Assembly (NCBI GenBank): GCA_039831735.1
Contig: JBDOMS010000219.1
Coordinates: 1-29,135 of the forward strand
Direction of reading: 5' to 3'
Origin: Pirellulales bacterium
GTDB lineage: Bacteria > Planctomycetota > Planctomycetia > Pirellulales > UBA1268
DNA: 29,135 bases
Shown here: positions 25,624-29,135 of the stretch, one piece after another
Position numbering within the stretch: position 1 is the first letter of the stretch
Layout of the letters: each line of letters starts with the position of its first letter
Program-made: the position numbers and the translations under genes
Notes under the pieces: generated by a model
The model's input: only the letters and a program-made list of their open reading frames with translations
Database searches by the model: none
What the model was told of the DNA's origin: nothing

Positions 25624-25715
25624 CAGACCTTTTATTGGAAAACTTACTCAAATAAGCCTAGTTCACAGGGGAGGACACGCAACAAATCGCTCCGTACGGT
25701 AGGATCATGCGGGTC

Positions 25716-28700
25716 ATGACGGCATCACGACCGAACGATCCAGCCTCACTGATCCTAGGCTACCTGAATTTTTCCTCTGGCTCATTTGATCCAGTGGCTT
25801 GGAGAGCAATGAATGAATTGTTCTCTAGTGTGGAGTCAGTGTCTCAAAGTGATAAAATTATTGCGATTGAGCAGCCTGATGCAGCTGAAGCAGTAGAAGC
25901 CTTACTTCAACAGCGATTGGCTGATCTGGAGGCTGTGGAGCCTGCTTTTCGTCAATCCGATCAGGCAAAAGTAGCAATGGATCTTATCTTTTGCCGGTTT
26001 CCTGAAGCATATCGTAGATTTCATTCTGATCTTCTTGCTCATCAGCCAGCTGGCGTGCTTGAACGTCCATTTTTTCTTATGGCGATTGCTCAGGCCATCC
26101 TTGCTGCCATTAGTGAGGAAGATGATTCTGATACAGGGCAACTTATTGATAAAGCAATAAGTAGACTGAATGACTATGTTGGGTGGCGACCAGTAGCAGT
26201 ACTTGAAAACGGCAGATTGTCAGAGCCCTATCCACATGAGCGAGTACGGCCGTTACCAATTTTTATTGCCGGTGTGGGACCCGCTTATGGTCGATATCAT
26301 GATCTCGTTAAGGGAGCGATAGATATTCTTTCTGTTGCTCCACCTGAATTATTAAGTCAGGCCGATTTCGATTTGGATAAGCTTGAGGAACTTTCTCTCG
26401 ATCCGAGAGCATTTGATTTTCTTCATCCAGCTGCAAGTCGACCAAACTATCTATTTGGTCTTTGGGATCCTGAACGGATCGATAATTCTGGATTTTACCG
26501 GCGCATGGTTGTGCAACAGTCCACTCTTGACGGGATTCTATCATGGCCGGAAGCGGCGCTTCGAGAACATGGGGGTGAAAAAGTTGTTCTTGAGGATCTG
26601 CAGAGAGAAGCATCTGCTGTCCTTGCTGGAGTCATGCTTATGGCATCAGGTCTTTCAGGACATGGACCGGGAGCTCATCAGGCAGAACTTCCCCTATCAG
26701 AATTACTGCCTCGGATTGCTGGGTATCGTGATGCGTTCTATCGATGGCTCATGGAGCAACTGTCAGAGTCTCATCAACAACGCTTATTGGAAGAGACAAA
26801 AAGATTTCACCAGCCCTTTGGAGGCGTACGACGTCATATTAATGTCTTACTCGCCGAGAGACGCGCTCGACAGGTCGAAAGTGTCGCCCTTGCTGCTGTC
26901 ATGTCACGAATCGGTCGTTCTCGTGAGGCAGAGCGGTTAACGGCTGTCGTTCCTGCGGCATCTGCACGAATGCTTGCTCAGATGAGCAGCCATATTTTGT
27001 CTGCTCAACAAGTCCTACAGCAATTCAAGAAAGAAGAGAACCCATCCTCAGTTGTGAGTATGGCCATTGATCACCTTGATCATGCAACAGATTTGCTATT
27101 TCGAGCAGTCGGTTGTGGAGCGGTGGTTGATCCGTGGAATATTCTTGGACTGTCTGGTCAGTTTCCTTTGCATGAGCAGGGGGGGGAAAGTCTGCCCGAT
27201 CCTCGTGTGGATGATCTCATCGATGAGACAGCATCCATTTTAGATGGCTATGCCGCGGCTTGGCGTTGTGCAGCACTTCGGGATGTGCAGTATGAAGCCA
27301 CTCGTGCTGAAAATGCCCTCGAGCGTTTGGCAACCTGGTGGGATCGTTATGCAACCACGACAGTCTCGGGGATTGAGTATTTATCTGGCAGGGAAGTCCG
27401 TGATTCAACCCGTGAAGTCATCTCATTGCTCATGCACCGAAGATCGCTTGGGTCGGAGACACCACCACCGAGTTTCTGGCGGAAGGAAGTTGCTGCATTT
27501 ACATCGCCTCGAAGTCACGCTCAGGCAGCAGAGTCTCTTTTGCAAGAAGGAGATCTGGACGGTGCAATGGGCTTACTTATTTACTGGGCATCCTTGCTAG
27601 AAGGCCCAACCCTTGAACAACTTGGAGGTGAATGGTTAGCCGCGGCAGCTCGCTGGCTTGCTCGTGCTTTTAGTGATCGTTCTTTGGAAGGACGCTCGAG
27701 AGTTCGCCGTTTTCTTGAATTGATTGAAGCAAATACAAGCGGAGTGGCGGACATTATTGAAATGGCCGCTTCAGGTCGCAGTTCTAATATTTCACAGAGT
27801 GATGAAAGTTTTCCTGAGCTTACGGAGTCAGCTGCCGATGATGACTCCCCAGACAGCGATGAAAGTGTTGCAAGTGCCTACGAGTCCATGGTTTGGCGTG
27901 ATTCAACAGATGACGGTGTGGACGGAGGCATGCTTGAGCATTTTAAGCCTGGCGATATTGGCAATGGTCCGGCGGCTGTCGAACAAGCCGCTGAGTTTTT
28001 GGCAGGATGTGCCCGGCTTATACGCCATGCCGTGACGGCCTCTTGCGTTGTGCAGTCAGATGATAATCGTCACTTAACCCGAGAAGAACGGGATGCAGTT
28101 GTTGGTTGGCGGCATACGCTTCGTCGCCAGCGAAGAGCAATGGTTCGAGCAGCCACGCTTATTGCATCACGAACCAATTCTGTGCCCGGACGAATGTCGG
28201 AATCTGAAGAAGATCGTATTCGTTGGCAGAAAGATGCAGCTGCTGAACGACTCGTTGATGCAGCTGTTGAACTTACAGAGACACTTTGGATGCTTTCAGC
28301 CAGAATGCACCTTACGGCGACTCAGCCATCAATCGTACAGCAACAAGGAGCAGGCCGTGGTCTTGTGGGTAAGCTTTTTGCTGCCATTTTTAGAGGGGAT
28401 GCAGACAATGCTCGTGGGTTACTCGAAGAATTGTCTCGTAAACTCAATGGAAAGGCTGTTCTCTATGTTCCACTTTCAAGAGGTGGTCGGCCGGATCGTA
28501 TCGTGAGAGCACGAAGTCGTGAGCGACTTCTTACAAAACTGAGTGGAAGCTTGCCAAGGATAGGTTTGGTTTCAGAGACAACAAAACTTGTGCAACTCGC
28601 AAAAAGTCTCGAACGCAAGCGTCCTTCTGGTGGAGCAAGTGTCAGTGAGTTTGACCGGGTTTTCGAGGCGGCAACCATGTCGTTAGTTGAACGCATTGTC

Positions 28701-29135
28701 GAGAGTGCACACACTCCGGAAGAAAATGGTAGTGCTGTTGTTGGGTCACTTGCAAAGCAGCGAATACTGGATGGACTAGCGCTCCTGGTTCCCAAGCTAC
28801 TTGAAACATGGATGACTCATGCAAGGCAGTTGCGATTATCGGTGTTAGAAAGAGTTCGAGAAAATAAAGCGTTTGAGTCACTAAAAGATTTTATTGAAAA
28901 GTATGGAGAGGGTTTCTTTACCCAGCACACACTCAGTCCACCATCACTGCGAAGTATTCTTCGAGGAGGAGTTCGAGTTTATCTTGAACGATTGCTTGAT
29001 CGCGAACACGGCGGTACCGGTATGGAGGCACCCCTTATGAATCATCCGTCTCGCCTTCTGGATGATCTTTCCTCAGGTGCATTATCGATGAAAATTGCGC
29101 AAACACGTATTCGCCTCGTGCTTGAAAGTGTTGCA
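25716..29135 (+). CDS. Very large conserved hypothetical protein (at least 1140 aa, runs off the right edge; not in ORF track)
   Basis: I translated the frame line by line from ATG 25716 (alternative ATG 25707; AGGA at 25701) to nt 29135 and found no stop. Blocks include LGYLNFSSG, LNDYVGWRPVAVLE, DPRAFDFLHP..RPNYLFGLWDP, QPFGG, VDPWNILG, LYVPLSRGG, EFDRVF and W..HARQLRLSVLE. Confidence 0.88.
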   Translation, partial: MTASRPNDPASLILGYLNFSSGSFDPVAWRAMNELFSSVESVSQSDKIIAIEQPDAAEAVEALLQQRLADLEAVEPAFRQSDQAKVAMDLIFCRFPEAYRRFHSDLLAHQPAGVLERPFFLMAIAQAILAAISEEDDSDTGQLIDKAISRLNDYVGWRPVAVLENGRLSEPYPHERVRPLPIFIAGVGPAYGRYHDLVKGAIDILSVAPPELLSQADFDLDKLEELSLDPRAFDFLHPAASRPNYLFGLWDPERIDNSGFYRRMVVQQSTLDGILSWPEAALREHGGEKVVLEDLQREASAVLAGVMLMASGLSGHGPGAHQAELPLSELLPRIAGYRDAFYRWLMEQLSESHQQRLLEETKRFHQPFGGVRRHINVLLAERRARQVESVALAAVMSRIGRSREAERLTAVVPAASARMLAQMSSHILSAQQVLQQFKKEENPSSVVSMAIDHLDHATDLLFRAVGCGAVVDPWNILGLSGQFPLHEQGGESLPDPRVDDLIDETASILDGYAAAWRCAALRDVQYEATRAENALERLATWWDRYATTTVSGIEYLSGREVRDSTREVISLLMHRRSLGSETPPPSFWRKEVAAFTSPRSHAQAAESLLQEGDLDGAMGLLIYWASLLEGPTLEQLGGEWLAAAARWLARAFSDRSLEGRSRVRRFLELIEANTSGVADIIEMAASGRSSNISQSDESFPELTESAADDDSPDSDESVASAYESMVWRDSTDDGVDGGMLEHFKPGDIGNGPAAVEQAAEFLAGCARLIRHAVTASCVVQSDDNRHLTREERDAVVGWRHTLRRQRRAMVRAATLIASRTNSVPGRMSESEEDRIRWQKDAAAERLVDAAVELTETLWMLSARMHLTATQPSIVQQQGAGRGLVGKLFAAIFRGDADNARGLLEELSRKLNGKAVLYVPLSRGGRPDRIVRARSRERLLTKLSGSLPRIGLVSETTKLVQLAKSLERKRPSGGASVSEFDRVFEAATMSLVERIVESAHTPEENGSAVVGSLAKQRILDGLALLVPKLLETWMTHARQLRLSVLERVRENKAFESLKDFIEKYGEGFFTQHTLSPPSLRSILRGGVRVYLERLLDREHGGTGMEAPLMNHPSRLLDDLSSGALSMKIAQTRIRLVLESVA

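Noticed and set aside
25902-28881. Nine short track ORFs in 25.9-28.9 kb suggesting a gene-poor or decayed region
   Set aside because: All lie inside one continuous + strand frame (25716 onward) that the track omitted, apparently because its stop is outside the window.

Overview
A 29.1 kb gene-dense chromosomal segment, most likely from a Planctomycetota bacterium (Pirellulales-like). This is inferred from several conserved hypothetical families I associate with planctomycetes; GC is roughly 48-50% by eye and was not computed. I see no rRNA, tRNA, CRISPR array, transposase or integrase. Housekeeping genes are nadA, thiS, thiG, hisF, epmA, metG and lnt, plus a universal stress protein, an MtfA-like peptidase, an M28 peptidase and a histidine phosphatase. 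The most interesting region is a tightly overlapping + strand gene run, hypothetical-thiS-thiG-hisF-pilT-(membrane-anchored PilB/GspE-like protein)-cvpA-like-membrane protein. The PilB/GspE-like protein has lost all four ATPase motifs but keeps its zinc site, so it looks like a pseudo-ATPase paired with an intact PilT-family motor. Other notable items: a histone-H1-like Lys/Ala protein with a small globular C-terminus; a stand-alone lipoyl-fold protein lacking the lipoyl lysine, located between an M28 peptidase and lnt; a secreted thioredoxin-trypsin fusion; and a secreted WD40 plus beta-sandwich protein. Three real coding regions are missing from the ORF track: a partial oxidoreductase at the left edge, a 49-aa membrane microprotein, and an uninterrupted ORF of at least 1140 aa running off the right edge.
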